Source: Candidatus Iainarchaeum sp. (GTDB taxonomy: Archaea > Iainarchaeota > Iainarchaeia > Iainarchaeales > DTGL01). From it: a stretch of 44,705 nt of DNA. Position 1 is the first letter of the stretch. Each line of letters opens with the position of its first letter. Shown here piece after piece: positions 9,120-17,354 of the stretch. The notes under the pieces are model-generated. The model was not told the DNA's origin, made no database searches, and saw nothing but the letters and a program-made list of their open reading frames with translations. A program made the translations under genes and the position numbers. The stretch spans positions 1-44,705 of the forward strand of contig JAZDDY010000093.1 in the NCBI GenBank assembly GCA_043809265.1, read 5' to 3'.

Positions 9120-9968
9120 ATGGACGCGTTTGAATTTTTTTCCAGCCCTGAAAGGGTAGCCTCTTTGAGGGAAAAAGTTCCAAAAACTCATTCAATCGAA
9201 GCCCTCTCGTCCGCGTTCCTTTCAACTTCCAAAAAGGATTCTTTGGGCGTAAAAAAATGCGCTGTGCTTTTTTCCGGCGGAATTGATTCCTCGCTTGTGG
9301 CTTTTGCCCTGAAAGGCATTGTGCCTGAAATCCGCTTGTACTGCGCAGGCCTTGAGGGCTCGCCTGCGCTTTCAAGGGCGCAAGTTAATGCCGGATTGCT
9401 CGGAATGGAACTTTGCAAAGTGCAGATCTCAAAGGATGAAATTCCCGGATTGTTTCAAAAGACCGGGAAAGCAATAAATTCCGATGGCCTGCTGCAGCTG
9501 CAGATCGCAATCCCGGAATTCGCTGCATTGCGGGCAATAAAAGAAGGCGGCATCGGCACAGTGTTTTCAGGCACAGGAGCCGACGAGCTTTTCTGCGGGT
9601 ACAAGGAATTCTGTTTTGCGCTTGCAAGCGGGGGCTATGCCGGGGTGGAAGGGCTGGTTTGGAAAAAGCTCGCGGAAATGCACGAGCGCAACCTTGAAAG
9701 GGAAAGTTCCCTTGCAGGGCATTTTTCAATTGAAATGAAAGCGCCTTTTTTGGACACTGATTTTGTCCTGCAGGCGATGGCTTTCCCTGCAAAGGAAAAA
9801 ATTTCATTCCAAAACGATGATTTGAGGAAGAATGCGCTCCGTGAAATGGCGCGCTTCATGGGCCTGCCTGAAAAAATCTGCTCCGAGAAAAAAAAGGCGA
9901 TCCAGTTCGATTCGGGGATTGCCAAGGAAGTTGAAAAAATCTTAAAGAAACAGCGTGCCTGGAACTAG
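9120..9968 (+). CDS. asparagine synthase-like PP-loop ATP pyrophosphatase (synthetase domain only)
   Basis: PP-loop SGGIDSS and the AsnB-type motif SGTGADELFCGY. The C-terminal region (KAPFLDTDF...KNALRE) resembles AsnB. No glutaminase domain is present. The ATG at 9120 was chosen because the longer ORF overlaps abcE1. Confidence 0.75.
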   Translation: MDAFEFFSSPERVASLREKVPKTHSIEALSSAFLSTSKKDSLGVKKCAVLFSGGIDSSLVAFALKGIVPEIRLYCAGLEGSPALSRAQVNAGLLGMELCKVQISKDEIPGLFQKTGKAINSDGLLQLQIAIPEFAALRAIKEGGIGTVFSGTGADELFCGYKEFCFALASGGYAGVEGLVWKKLAEMHERNLERESSLAGHFSIEMKAPFLDTDFVLQAMAFPAKEKISFQNDDLRKNALREMARFMGLPEKICSEKKKAIQFDSGIAKEVEKILKKQRAWN

Positions 9969-9973
9969 CCTGT

Positions 9974-10450
9974 TCAGCAGGGCTTTTGGAAAGTAACGCT
10001 TTTTTCAAACTTAGCCTTGAACTTGGTTTCGGTGCCTTTTTGCAGGGTTCTTTCGCACTTTATGTTGACTGTAACTGTGACTGTTCCAGCCCCGGTCGGA
10101 GTCCCGCTTGTATAACTGCAAGGCGATGTTGCCAATGTTGACCCGAAAGAGGAATTGATTTTTGTTATTGCCTGAGTCAGGTAGCCGTCCAGTGCTGCCT
10201 TGCTTATCCCGCTGGCTGCGCAGGTAGCGGTGTCTTTTGCTGCATCGCCTACTGCCGCATCAAACACAATCACCGTGTTCGCCCACACCATTTTCACGTC
10301 GCCCATTACCGCAAGGTAATCTTCGCTTTCTTCTTCCCAAAGCACCGCCTGCGCCGAGAAAACAGCCACTGCAAGCAACGCTATCGCCATCGCCCCTATT
10401 GCGAGCGTGAAAAGGCCGCCACTGCGGTTCATTGCTTTACGCCTCCGCAA
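9974..10450 (-). CDS. pilin-like protein (possible class III signal peptide)
   Basis: Charged N-terminus, then NRSGG/LFTLAIGAMAIALLAVAV hydrophobic helix. The extracellular part contains 5 Cys. Last gene of a 4-gene pilin-like cluster. Confidence 0.5.
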   Translation of the reverse strand: MRRRKAMNRSGGLFTLAIGAMAIALLAVAVFSAQAVLWEEESEDYLAVMGDVKMVWANTVIVFDAAVGDAAKDTATCAASGISKAALDGYLTQAITKINSSFGSTLATSPCSYTSGTPTGAGTVTVTVNIKCERTLQKGTETKFKAKFEKSVTFQKPC

Positions 10451-10782
10451 ACGCTGTATTCCTTGGCATTATTCAAGGCGTCGTCATAAATGAAGTATTT
10501 TTTGCAAAAGACAGTGCTGAAGTCAGCGTGGCTGGCAAAGGCCGAATCAGTTTTAGTCAAATCGTTTTTGTAAAGCGAAACCATCGCATCGTCCCTGACT
10601 TTTTTTTCTATTTGCGTCCCGAGCATTCCGCTTGAGTGGTGCACGGACAGGATCCATATTGCGCCGAGCACTATGACAACCGCGATTGCGCCCAGCGCAT
10701 CAACCGAAAAAATAAAGCCTTTGCCGGCTGGATTTTTCCGGCCTTTTGCTTTATGCAAATTTCTTTTGTTCATGTCTTCCAC
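10429..10782 (-). CDS. pilin-like protein with class III signal peptide
   Basis: AGKG/FIFSVDALGAIAVVIVLGAIWIL follows a basic leader. The gene overlaps both neighbours. Confidence 0.55.
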   Translation of the reverse strand: MEDMNKRNLHKAKGRKNPAGKGFIFSVDALGAIAVVIVLGAIWILSVHHSSGMLGTQIEKKVRDDAMVSLYKNDLTKTDSAFASHADFSTVFCKKYFIYDDALNNAKEYSVCGGVKQ

Positions 10783-11273
10783 ACATTCAAAGTAATCTCT
10801 TTTTTGGTTAGGGGGCGGATGCCCTGAATTGATGCCGGGGTGCCTGATAAAACAGGTCTTGTTTCGGAATAAATATTTTGTGGCGGGGCAGTGGGCACTT
10901 TGCTTACCAGCGGCGTTGCCGGCGAGCCGGTTATTTTAATGGTGATGTTGAAATCATAACCGGTTGGAATGCCAAGGTTTGCCCGGCAGGAAGGGCAGCC
11001 TCCGGAGAATTTTGATTCGGTTATGCAGTTCGGGAAATACTGTGTGGTTGCAGGGTTTCCTGTGACAGTCGGGAAGCTGCAGACAAAGGCAGGGCTTGAT
11101 ACAAGCAGGTCGCTTGAGGCCGTGCCGATCCTCTGCAGGTCCATGTACCGTTCTTCTTCCTTGAGCGTGTAATCGTTCGCTTCGGCTATCCTGAAAGTGT
11201 AGCCGAGCGCGAGCGCCACAAGCATCAAGGCAAAAAGGAAATCAATTGCAATTATCTGCCCTTTTTTGTCCAT
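10770..11273 (-). CDS. pilin-like protein with class III signal peptide
   Basis: MDKKGQ/IIAIDFLFALMLVALALG matches the archaeal prepilin cleavage context (K/R-G/A-Q). The body is Cys-containing. Confidence 0.6.
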   Translation of the reverse strand: MDKKGQIIAIDFLFALMLVALALGYTFRIAEANDYTLKEEERYMDLQRIGTASSDLLVSSPAFVCSFPTVTGNPATTQYFPNCITESKFSGGCPSCRANLGIPTGYDFNITIKITGSPATPLVSKVPTAPPQNIYSETRPVLSGTPASIQGIRPLTKKEITLNVWKT

Positions 11274-11282
11274 AAAACCAAC

Positions 11283-11693
11283 TCACGAAATTGTTATTTT
11301 GCCCCCGCATTTCGGCGACCCTGGCAGGGGCGGGCCGTTGTACGGAATGGTTTTATATATCGCCTGCCCGTTGTACTCGGCACTGACTTTCAAAAACTGG
11401 TTTCCTGCTATTGTGACAATTGAAATATCGCACGGCATCGGTGCAACTTTTCCAAGGATATAAATTTCAGGAATAGTGTATTCTATGCTGCGGCTGTCCG
11501 CCCCCTCAAATGACTTTGATGCCACAAGGATTTTGGAAAGCGAGTTTGCGATTTTTGTCTCCTGGTTCTGCAGGTGGATTGCTGCCTGATTTTCCGTGAA
11601 GCTTCCCGAGACCGCGAAAAGAATGTTCACTGTGGTGAAAAGGAATAAAACAGTGAAAAGCATTTCAATTGAAAGCTGCGCCCTTGAATTCAT
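11283..11693 (-). CDS. pilin-like protein with class III signal peptide
   Basis: MNSRAQ/LSIEMLFTVLFLFTTV shows the typical 'Q-x-S-x-E-x-L' class III signal peptide pattern. Confidence 0.65.
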   Translation of the reverse strand: MNSRAQLSIEMLFTVLFLFTTVNILFAVSGSFTENQAAIHLQNQETKIANSLSKILVASKSFEGADSRSIEYTIPEIYILGKVAPMPCDISIVTIAGNQFLKVSAEYNGQAIYKTIPYNGPPLPGSPKCGGKITIS

Positions 11694-11741
11694 GCTATTG
11701 AATAATGAAAAAAGTCATATAAAAACATACCGCAGGCCCGC

Positions 11742-12953
11742 TCAAGACCTGCCTGCCTCTTTCATCGCCAATTTCATCAGGTCCTTGCCCTCAAACACGC
11801 CGAGTGCGCCTTTCCTGCAATCTTTTTCCCCGAATCCCTTTGCCCTGCCGCCTTTCATTCCTGCCCCGTAAAACAGCACCGGCACCGGATCGGCAGAATG
11901 GTTTTTCTGCGAGCATGGCGTTGAATGGTCCGCGGTCACAATAACCAGCGTGTCCTTGAGCCCAAGCAATGGGGCGAGCGCGGAATCGATTTTTTCAACG
12001 AATTTCTTTTTTTCAAGGCATTTCCCGTCATGCCCGAAAATATCGCAGCCCTTTATGTGGACAAAAACGTAATCGAAATGCTCCAGCTCTTTTATCGCGC
12101 GCGCAATCTTTGCCTTGATGTCGGTCTGCGGGGTTCCTGTGGCGCCCTTCACTTCAAACAAGTCCATCCCGACAAAGGCCGCAACTCCCTTGTAAAGCCC
12201 TGCGCCTGCAATGCAGCAAGCCCTCAAGCCGAACCTTTCCCTGAGGGAAGGGACTTTTTTCATTTCCCCTGCCCCGCGAACAAGCAGGTAATTCGCAGAA
12301 GGCAGGCCTTTCTGTGCCCTTTCGAGATTCAAAGGATGGTTGTCCAGGATTGTGTGCGCATTCCTCAAGAATTCGTTCAGCACTTCCGCCGTGAATTTTG
12401 CCTCCTTGGACTTGTCCAGGGGAATTATTTCCAGTGCCTTTTTGCCTGCGCTGTGCGGGTCGCCGTCGCTGATTTTGTCACTCAGGCCGTGGCCGCTCAT
12501 TACGACTGCAGCGCGGTGCTCGGTGCCCGGTTTCACCAGAAAATGAACCCCGCGGATGCGCGTATTATCGAGTTTTTTGGCCAATTCGGTGCAGTTTTCG
12601 ATTCTTCCAGCCCTGCGGTCGATGATGGCCAAATCATCCCCTACGGTGGCAAAATTGCTTCTAAACGCTATGTCACCATGCTTTAAATTGATTCCAAGGC
12701 CCAAAGCTTCAAATGGGCCGCGGCCGACATAGTGTTTTTTTAAATCATAGCCGAATAAAGTGAGGTGGGCGCTGTCTGATTCAGGGATAATGCCTTTGCC
12801 AAGCACGTGCATGAGGCCTTTTTTGCCGGCTGCAGCCATCTTGTCCAGGTTCGGTTTTTTTGCGGCTTCGAGCGGGGTTTTTCCGCCCAATTCCTTTGAA
12901 GGCAAATCCCCCATCCCGTCGCAGACAATAAGCAGTATTTTCGCATTTTTCAT
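11742..12953 (-). CDS. apgM: 2,3-bisphosphoglycerate-independent phosphoglycerate mutase, archaeal ApgM type
   Basis: MKNAKILLIVCDGMGD N-terminus and VTADHSTP...HSADPVP metal-site motifs. The ATG at 12953 overlaps the TGA of the upstream JAMM gene (ATGA). Confidence 0.88.
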   Translation of the reverse strand: MKNAKILLIVCDGMGDLPSKELGGKTPLEAAKKPNLDKMAAAGKKGLMHVLGKGIIPESDSAHLTLFGYDLKKHYVGRGPFEALGLGINLKHGDIAFRSNFATVGDDLAIIDRRAGRIENCTELAKKLDNTRIRGVHFLVKPGTEHRAAVVMSGHGLSDKISDGDPHSAGKKALEIIPLDKSKEAKFTAEVLNEFLRNAHTILDNHPLNLERAQKGLPSANYLLVRGAGEMKKVPSLRERFGLRACCIAGAGLYKGVAAFVGMDLFEVKGATGTPQTDIKAKIARAIKELEHFDYVFVHIKGCDIFGHDGKCLEKKKFVEKIDSALAPLLGLKDTLVIVTADHSTPCSQKNHSADPVPVLFYGAGMKGGRAKGFGEKDCRKGALGVFEGKDLMKLAMKEAGRS

Positions 12954-13315
12954 TCGATTATCCCCCACTTTATTTTTTTCCCGCGCACATCGTACGCTTC
13001 GGCGTTCCCAATATTGAATGGAAAAGAGATTATAAAATGCACTTTGCCGAAATGTGGGAAGGCATTGGTGTCGGCAGAGCTCGGCCTGTTGCTGTTCCCG
13101 GGGTGGGAATGCACGCTCCCGATTATGCCGAAATCCACAGGCGCCTGCCCGTGCATGATGGCATGCTCTTTCCCAAAAATTGCAGGCACAATTACGACCT
13201 CATCCACAATTTCATTGCGGTGCTTGCTGCCAAGCAATGCAAAGAATTCGTTCGGGTAAGTGTGCTTTGCGGCATCCAGCAAACCTTCAATGACAGCGCG
13301 CTTTATCTGGAGCAT
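12950..13315 (-). CDS. JAB1/MPN/Mov34 (JAMM) metalloprotease
   Basis: Exact JAMM motif HSHPGNSNRPSSAD (HxHx7Sx2D) with an upstream Glu (PNEFFALLG). 121 aa, a stand-alone MPN+ domain. Confidence 0.85.
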   Translation of the reverse strand: MLQIKRAVIEGLLDAAKHTYPNEFFALLGSKHRNEIVDEVVIVPAIFGKEHAIMHGQAPVDFGIIGSVHSHPGNSNRPSSADTNAFPHFGKVHFIISFPFNIGNAEAYDVRGKKIKWGIIE

Positions 13316-13322
13316 GCAACTA

Positions 13323-14525
13323 TTACATCGCCAAATATATTAAAATCGTGGGCACCATCAAAAACGCCATGCAGTGCGAACGCTTTACCTTCTCAGTGAC
13401 CGCAATCAGGCCGATGCAAGCGCTCACGCCCATAACGGCAATGCCGTAGAAACCGTTGAATATCCCGACAATCAATACAAGGAAAGCCAGGATTCCTGCA
13501 TTGATTTTGCCGTAAGGCAGGAGCCTTATTTTTTCAAGAAAAAACTTTGCAAGCGCAAAGGTTGCAGGGACAGCGAAAGCCATTGAAACCAAAGACACGC
13601 CGATGAACATCCAGAGCATTTCGGCCTGCGGCACTGCAAGCACTTTCACTATTGCCGCAATCCCTGTCCTTGTCTTTCCTGCTGCCAGCAAAACAAACAA
13701 GGAGAAGATTATATTGGCGGTGCTTACCGCCCCAATTAGCGCCAAATATGTCCCGGTGCCGATTTTTCCCACGGCTTTCCTGATAATGAATGCCGCTTCG
13801 CTTGCGCCCACTCCCGGAAATATCGAAACAGCGCTAGCCCCGACAATCCCGAGCAGGGAACCTTTAAGGATTTTTTTCCCCGGCAGCGATATTTTTTTCA
13901 CTTCCTGCCTTTTCAGGCCTGTGCCTGAACAAATCGAATAAACAAGCGTGCTTACCGCAAAAAAACCGGTGATTGGCGCCATCAGGCTGTTTCCCGTATT
14001 GCCTCCGCCCTGGCCCAAAGTCAGGACAGACACGCCAACCAGGGCGCTCAATGAAATCACTAGCGCCGAAAAAGCCTTTTTCCTGGTTCCTTTTTCCGAA
14101 AGTACCATTGAAAAAAGCACAAGCGCAAGCGCCCCAGGGATTATTTTTGGCAGGAAGAACAGGATGCCGGAAACGAAATCCATGAAAACGCTGGAAAGCA
14201 GTATTGCGCCGATGCCGCCGAAAAGGCATCCTGCTGTCGCAAGGCCCACTGCCTTCATTCCTTCGCCTTTCACTAGCAGCCTGTGCCCTGGCAGCATCCC
14301 GATAAAGCTGTCCGAATCAGGCGCACCGAAAATTATGTTCGGGATGAAATCCACAAAGGACTGCGTCACGCCCATTGCCACAAACATTGCGGCGAGTTCA
14401 ATGCTGCCTGAAAAGCCGAATGCGAGCACAAGAAAAGAAACAGTGTTGGAGTGAATGCCTGGAATAAGGCCTGTGAAAACCCCGATAATACAGCCCAAAA
14501 AAACAAACAGCAGCAATTCAATCAT
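13323..14525 (-). CDS. polytopic membrane protein, TctA/DUF112-like transporter family
   Basis: About 10-11 hydrophobic helices. The N-terminal GVFTGLIPGIHSNT resembles the TctA-family GxxPGxG signature. Family call is moderate. Confidence 0.55.
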   Translation of the reverse strand: MIELLLFVFLGCIIGVFTGLIPGIHSNTVSFLVLAFGFSGSIELAAMFVAMGVTQSFVDFIPNIIFGAPDSDSFIGMLPGHRLLVKGEGMKAVGLATAGCLFGGIGAILLSSVFMDFVSGILFFLPKIIPGALALVLFSMVLSEKGTRKKAFSALVISLSALVGVSVLTLGQGGGNTGNSLMAPITGFFAVSTLVYSICSGTGLKRQEVKKISLPGKKILKGSLLGIVGASAVSIFPGVGASEAAFIIRKAVGKIGTGTYLALIGAVSTANIIFSLFVLLAAGKTRTGIAAIVKVLAVPQAEMLWMFIGVSLVSMAFAVPATFALAKFFLEKIRLLPYGKINAGILAFLVLIVGIFNGFYGIAVMGVSACIGLIAVTEKVKRSHCMAFLMVPTILIYLAM

Positions 14526-14538
14526 TCAATCCCTTCCC

Positions 14539-14898
14539 TCACCCCGCGGGCTCGATTTTTTCAGCCACCAATTCCAAGGCGCCCTCATATTCCTGCACTG
14601 TCCCGGTCACAACCACAAAAGCGTTTTTTTGCACGAAAAATTTGTCCATTGCGCTCGGGCTCATTTTCACTGCCTTTATTTTGTTCCCGTCATCCAAAGT
14701 GAAAAGCAGGGTTTGCCCTTTCAAAAAAGCGGAATCCACTCTTGCCTGCACAATGACTTTTTTGCCAAGCGCGCCCTTATCCAACTGCCCTATTGTTGCA
14801 GCTGAAGGCGCCGCCAGCCATGCGTAATAGAAAAGCAATACCGCGCCCAGCACGCCACAGGCTAGCGCTATGCGATTCAGCCAATACTCTCTCAGCAT
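14539..14898 (-). CDS. membrane-anchored OB-fold protein
   Basis: N-terminal TM helix, then KKVIVQARVDSAFLKGQTLLFTLDDGNKIKAV...VVVTGTVQEYEGALELV, a pattern typical of the tRNA_anti-like OB fold. Confidence 0.55.
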   Translation of the reverse strand: MLREYWLNRIALACGVLGAVLLFYYAWLAAPSAATIGQLDKGALGKKVIVQARVDSAFLKGQTLLFTLDDGNKIKAVKMSPSAMDKFFVQKNAFVVVTGTVQEYEGALELVAEKIEPAG

Positions 14899-14935
14899 TA
14901 AAAAGAAATATGAACGGAAAATTGTTTAAGGCTAT

Positions 14936-15403
14936 TCAACCTATGACAAGGAGCATCGCGACAGCCAACAGCAAGCCGAAAATTATCAATATAAATGGCA
15001 CCAAAACCGCTTCTTTTTTGGATTTGCCTGCTTTTTTTTGTTTCAAAAACAAAGACACTCCAAGTCCCACAAAAAACAAAAGAATTGCACCGCTGACCGC
15101 AAGCCGGATTGTGGCCTGTTGGGAGGCATTCTCATGCGCAGCCTGCTTCAGCGATTGTTCTTTTGCTTCTGAAAGGTTGCAGGCGGCATCCCATTTGCAA
15201 TCAGGCAACCCGTCGCCATCGCAGTCGTGCGAATTGCACTCGACACTTAGCTGGTCTTCTTCGCTGCTGCTAGACAAGGTAAATTGTGCGCATTCCCCGC
15301 GGCACTGCGATATTTGGCGTTCTTGTTCTGACAGGACAATAGCCAGGACCGGCGTGAATGTCAATAAAAAAAAGCAAACCAGCGCGGTTGCTTTCCAGTT
15401 CAT
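14936..15403 (-). CDS. secreted Cys-rich protein with DGDG (Ca-binding-like) motif and C-terminal membrane anchors
   Basis: Signal-like N-terminus, CRGEC...CNSHDCDGDGLPDCKWDAAC, and two C-terminal hydrophobic helices. The opposite-strand ORF looks like junk. Confidence 0.45.
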   Translation of the reverse strand: MNWKATALVCFFLLTFTPVLAIVLSEQERQISQCRGECAQFTLSSSSEEDQLSVECNSHDCDGDGLPDCKWDAACNLSEAKEQSLKQAAHENASQQATIRLAVSGAILLFFVGLGVSLFLKQKKAGKSKKEAVLVPFILIIFGLLLAVAMLLVIG

Positions 15404-15404
15404 T

Positions 15405-15968
15405 TCAATTCGCCTTTCCGATAATCCTGTCCGGCGTTTTCCTGAACCACCTGCTTTTGAGCGCCACTTTGACCTTTTCGCCTTTTGCGTATTTTTTGCC
15501 TGCTTTCACAAAGTATTTTCCTGTGTTGAGGCCTGCGAAAAGGTCAAAGCCGATTTCCACTGTCGCGCTTTCGGAATCGCTTAACAGCACTGTCCCCCCG
15601 GCTTCTTTTTTGCCCAAAAAAATCCTGCCGCATACAGAGACAGCCAGCAATGTCAAAACCACGCCGATGAACAATTCTATGCCTGTCTCCAAAGGGTTCA
15701 GGAAAACGATTATGAACGTGGCGGCTTCGACTATCAGCAGCAATAGCGAAAAGAAAAGAAAGTATTTTTTCCAGTCCTTTCCGAAAAAATCCTTTGCCTT
15801 CAATAAAAAAAACCAGAAGAAAACAGCAATCAGGAGCGCATCCGCCGCCAAGAGCACTTCAATCGGCAGCACTGCCTTCCACAAAGGAAGAGATGCGACC
15901 AGTACCATTATCAGGCCGATAATGAGCACTGCCTGTTCTGCCTTTATCAAAGCCATGCGAATCAGCAA
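15405..15968 (-). CDS. hypothetical 4-TM membrane protein with soluble C-terminal domain
   Basis: Hydrophobic helices followed by a beta-rich tail of about 70 aa (GGTVLLSDSESATVEIGF...KVKVALK). Tightly packed in a minus-strand operon. Confidence 0.45.
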   Translation of the reverse strand: MLIRMALIKAEQAVLIIGLIMVLVASLPLWKAVLPIEVLLAADALLIAVFFWFFLLKAKDFFGKDWKKYFLFFSLLLLIVEAATFIIVFLNPLETGIELFIGVVLTLLAVSVCGRIFLGKKEAGGTVLLSDSESATVEIGFDLFAGLNTGKYFVKAGKKYAKGEKVKVALKSRWFRKTPDRIIGKAN

Positions 15969-15981
15969 AATTAACGCAAAA

Positions 15982-16521
15982 CTATTTATTAATGGTTTCC
16001 AATATGCTTTTTTCGAGCGCCAGGATTGCCTTTTCCGATTCCCTTATTTTTGCCATGAGTTTTTTGTCCTTCAGGCCGTATTTTTGCTTTATGAAATCCA
16101 GCCTTTCATTCAAAGGCACAACCGTTTCATCGATCACTCTTTTGTCCGCATAATAAACCAGTTTTTCTTCCCAGGAAGAAAGCCCCCCGACATTTTCAAT
16201 CAGGTGTTTTCTCGCGATTTCAGCAACCGCATAACAGCCCTCTCCGTTCAGTTTTTCCCATGCCAGCGTTCCGTGCATTTTTTTTGAACCGAGCGTTTCA
16301 ATCTTGTCCAAATCGTGCAATAACGCCCCAGCCCTCACAAGCCCCAAATTAACCTTAATTCCTTTTGCAACCATTTTTTGCGCTAGCTCCACAGCGAACT
16401 CCTTTACCTTAACAGAATGCCTTACAATGTTTTCAGGCACCTTGTTCCGCGCGAGCATTTCCAGGCATTCCTTTTCGCTTGGAATTTTTCCAACCTGCTT
16501 TTTAGAATTCATTAGGCTCAC
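15982..16521 (-). CDS. HD-domain phosphohydrolase (YqeK/HDIG-like)
   Basis: H...LLHDLDK...H...VYYADKR motif series. 4-nt overlap with the upstream aldolase gene. Confidence 0.75.
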   Translation of the reverse strand: MSLMNSKKQVGKIPSEKECLEMLARNKVPENIVRHSVKVKEFAVELAQKMVAKGIKVNLGLVRAGALLHDLDKIETLGSKKMHGTLAWEKLNGEGCYAVAEIARKHLIENVGGLSSWEEKLVYYADKRVIDETVVPLNERLDFIKQKYGLKDKKLMAKIRESEKAILALEKSILETINK

Positions 16522-17114
16522 TTGCAGGTTCCGGGGTTGGATTTTGCATACAGGCCAAGCGCGATTTTTCCTGCTTCTTCAATGTCCCTGCCCATTGCGA
16601 TGAAGCCATGGTTTTTCATCTGCACCAGCCTGTTTTTGCCCAAAATTTTTAACACCTCATCGCGCAATTCAAGCGTCCCGTAGGGTTGTTCCCTTTCGGT
16701 TTCAGGCACGCCGAATTTTTTCGGGTCTGCAGTGGCCCTTTCGTTGTGCCCGTGCAGTATCGCATTCACGTCCTTTCTTGCCTTGTAAATTGCCGCGTGA
16801 AGGAACGATTCGCTTGAAGGGTTTTGAATGCCGATCGCTTTCAATTTGTGCGCCTTTTCATCTATTTCAACGATTTCCACAAGTTGCCCTGAAACTATTT
16901 CCCCTAATTTCTGCCCGCCTGGAGTAATCAAAAATCCTTTTTCGGTCCTTGTGGAAAGGTTGCCTGCCACGTTTCCGCCGCAGGAAACCAGCCCGCGCGC
17001 ATAGAATGCCTTGCACCATTTTATCAGTTCATCAGCGTGCTTTGTTTCCCTTTTGCCTTTCTGCAGGTCGATGTCGTATTTTATTCCAACGTAAACCTCA
17101 GGCATCAAACACAC
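16518..17114 (-). CDS. class II aldolase/adducin-family protein (MtnB- or FucA-like)
   Basis: GNLSTR...ITPGG, SSESFLHAAIY and NAILHGHN motifs of the class II aldolase fold. Confidence 0.8.
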   Translation of the reverse strand: MCLMPEVYVGIKYDIDLQKGKRETKHADELIKWCKAFYARGLVSCGGNVAGNLSTRTEKGFLITPGGQKLGEIVSGQLVEIVEIDEKAHKLKAIGIQNPSSESFLHAAIYKARKDVNAILHGHNERATADPKKFGVPETEREQPYGTLELRDEVLKILGKNRLVQMKNHGFIAMGRDIEEAGKIALGLYAKSNPGTCK

Positions 17115-17171
17115 CCCGTATTTTTAGGTTTCATGATTCCTTCAAAGCGCCGACTCAGTTAATATGTTCTA

Positions 17172-17264
17172 ATATCAAAGGACAAAAATAAAGGAACATT
17201 ACTGTCCTTTGATAACTATCAAAAGACCATAACAAAAGTTCCTGAATTAATGTCTTTTGATATA
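17172..17264. promoter_or_regulatory. array of four 11-12 bp repeats TATCAAA(G/A)GAC in alternating orientation upstream of the 17355 gene
   Basis: ATATCAAAGGAC at 17172-17183, GTCCTTTGATA at 17204-17214, TATCAAAAGAC at 17217-17227 and GTCTTTTGATAT at 17252-17263. They form two inverted pairs with spacers of 20 and 24 bp. The AT-rich TATA-like AATTTTATTAAAT follows at 17281-17293. Confidence 0.5.
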
Positions 17265-17354
17265 ACACACGTGTTCCAATAATTTTATTAAATCTTTAGC
17301 GGAACTGAACTCTCTCTAATTGCTTATAAGGGGGAACTCAGAGATTCTAATTAT

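Noticed and set aside
14793-16287. Plus-strand ORFs of 263 and 309 aa
   Set aside because: They are antisense to a run of minus-strand genes that have clear signal/TM helices and HD motifs. The plus-strand translations are S/C/R/F-rich.
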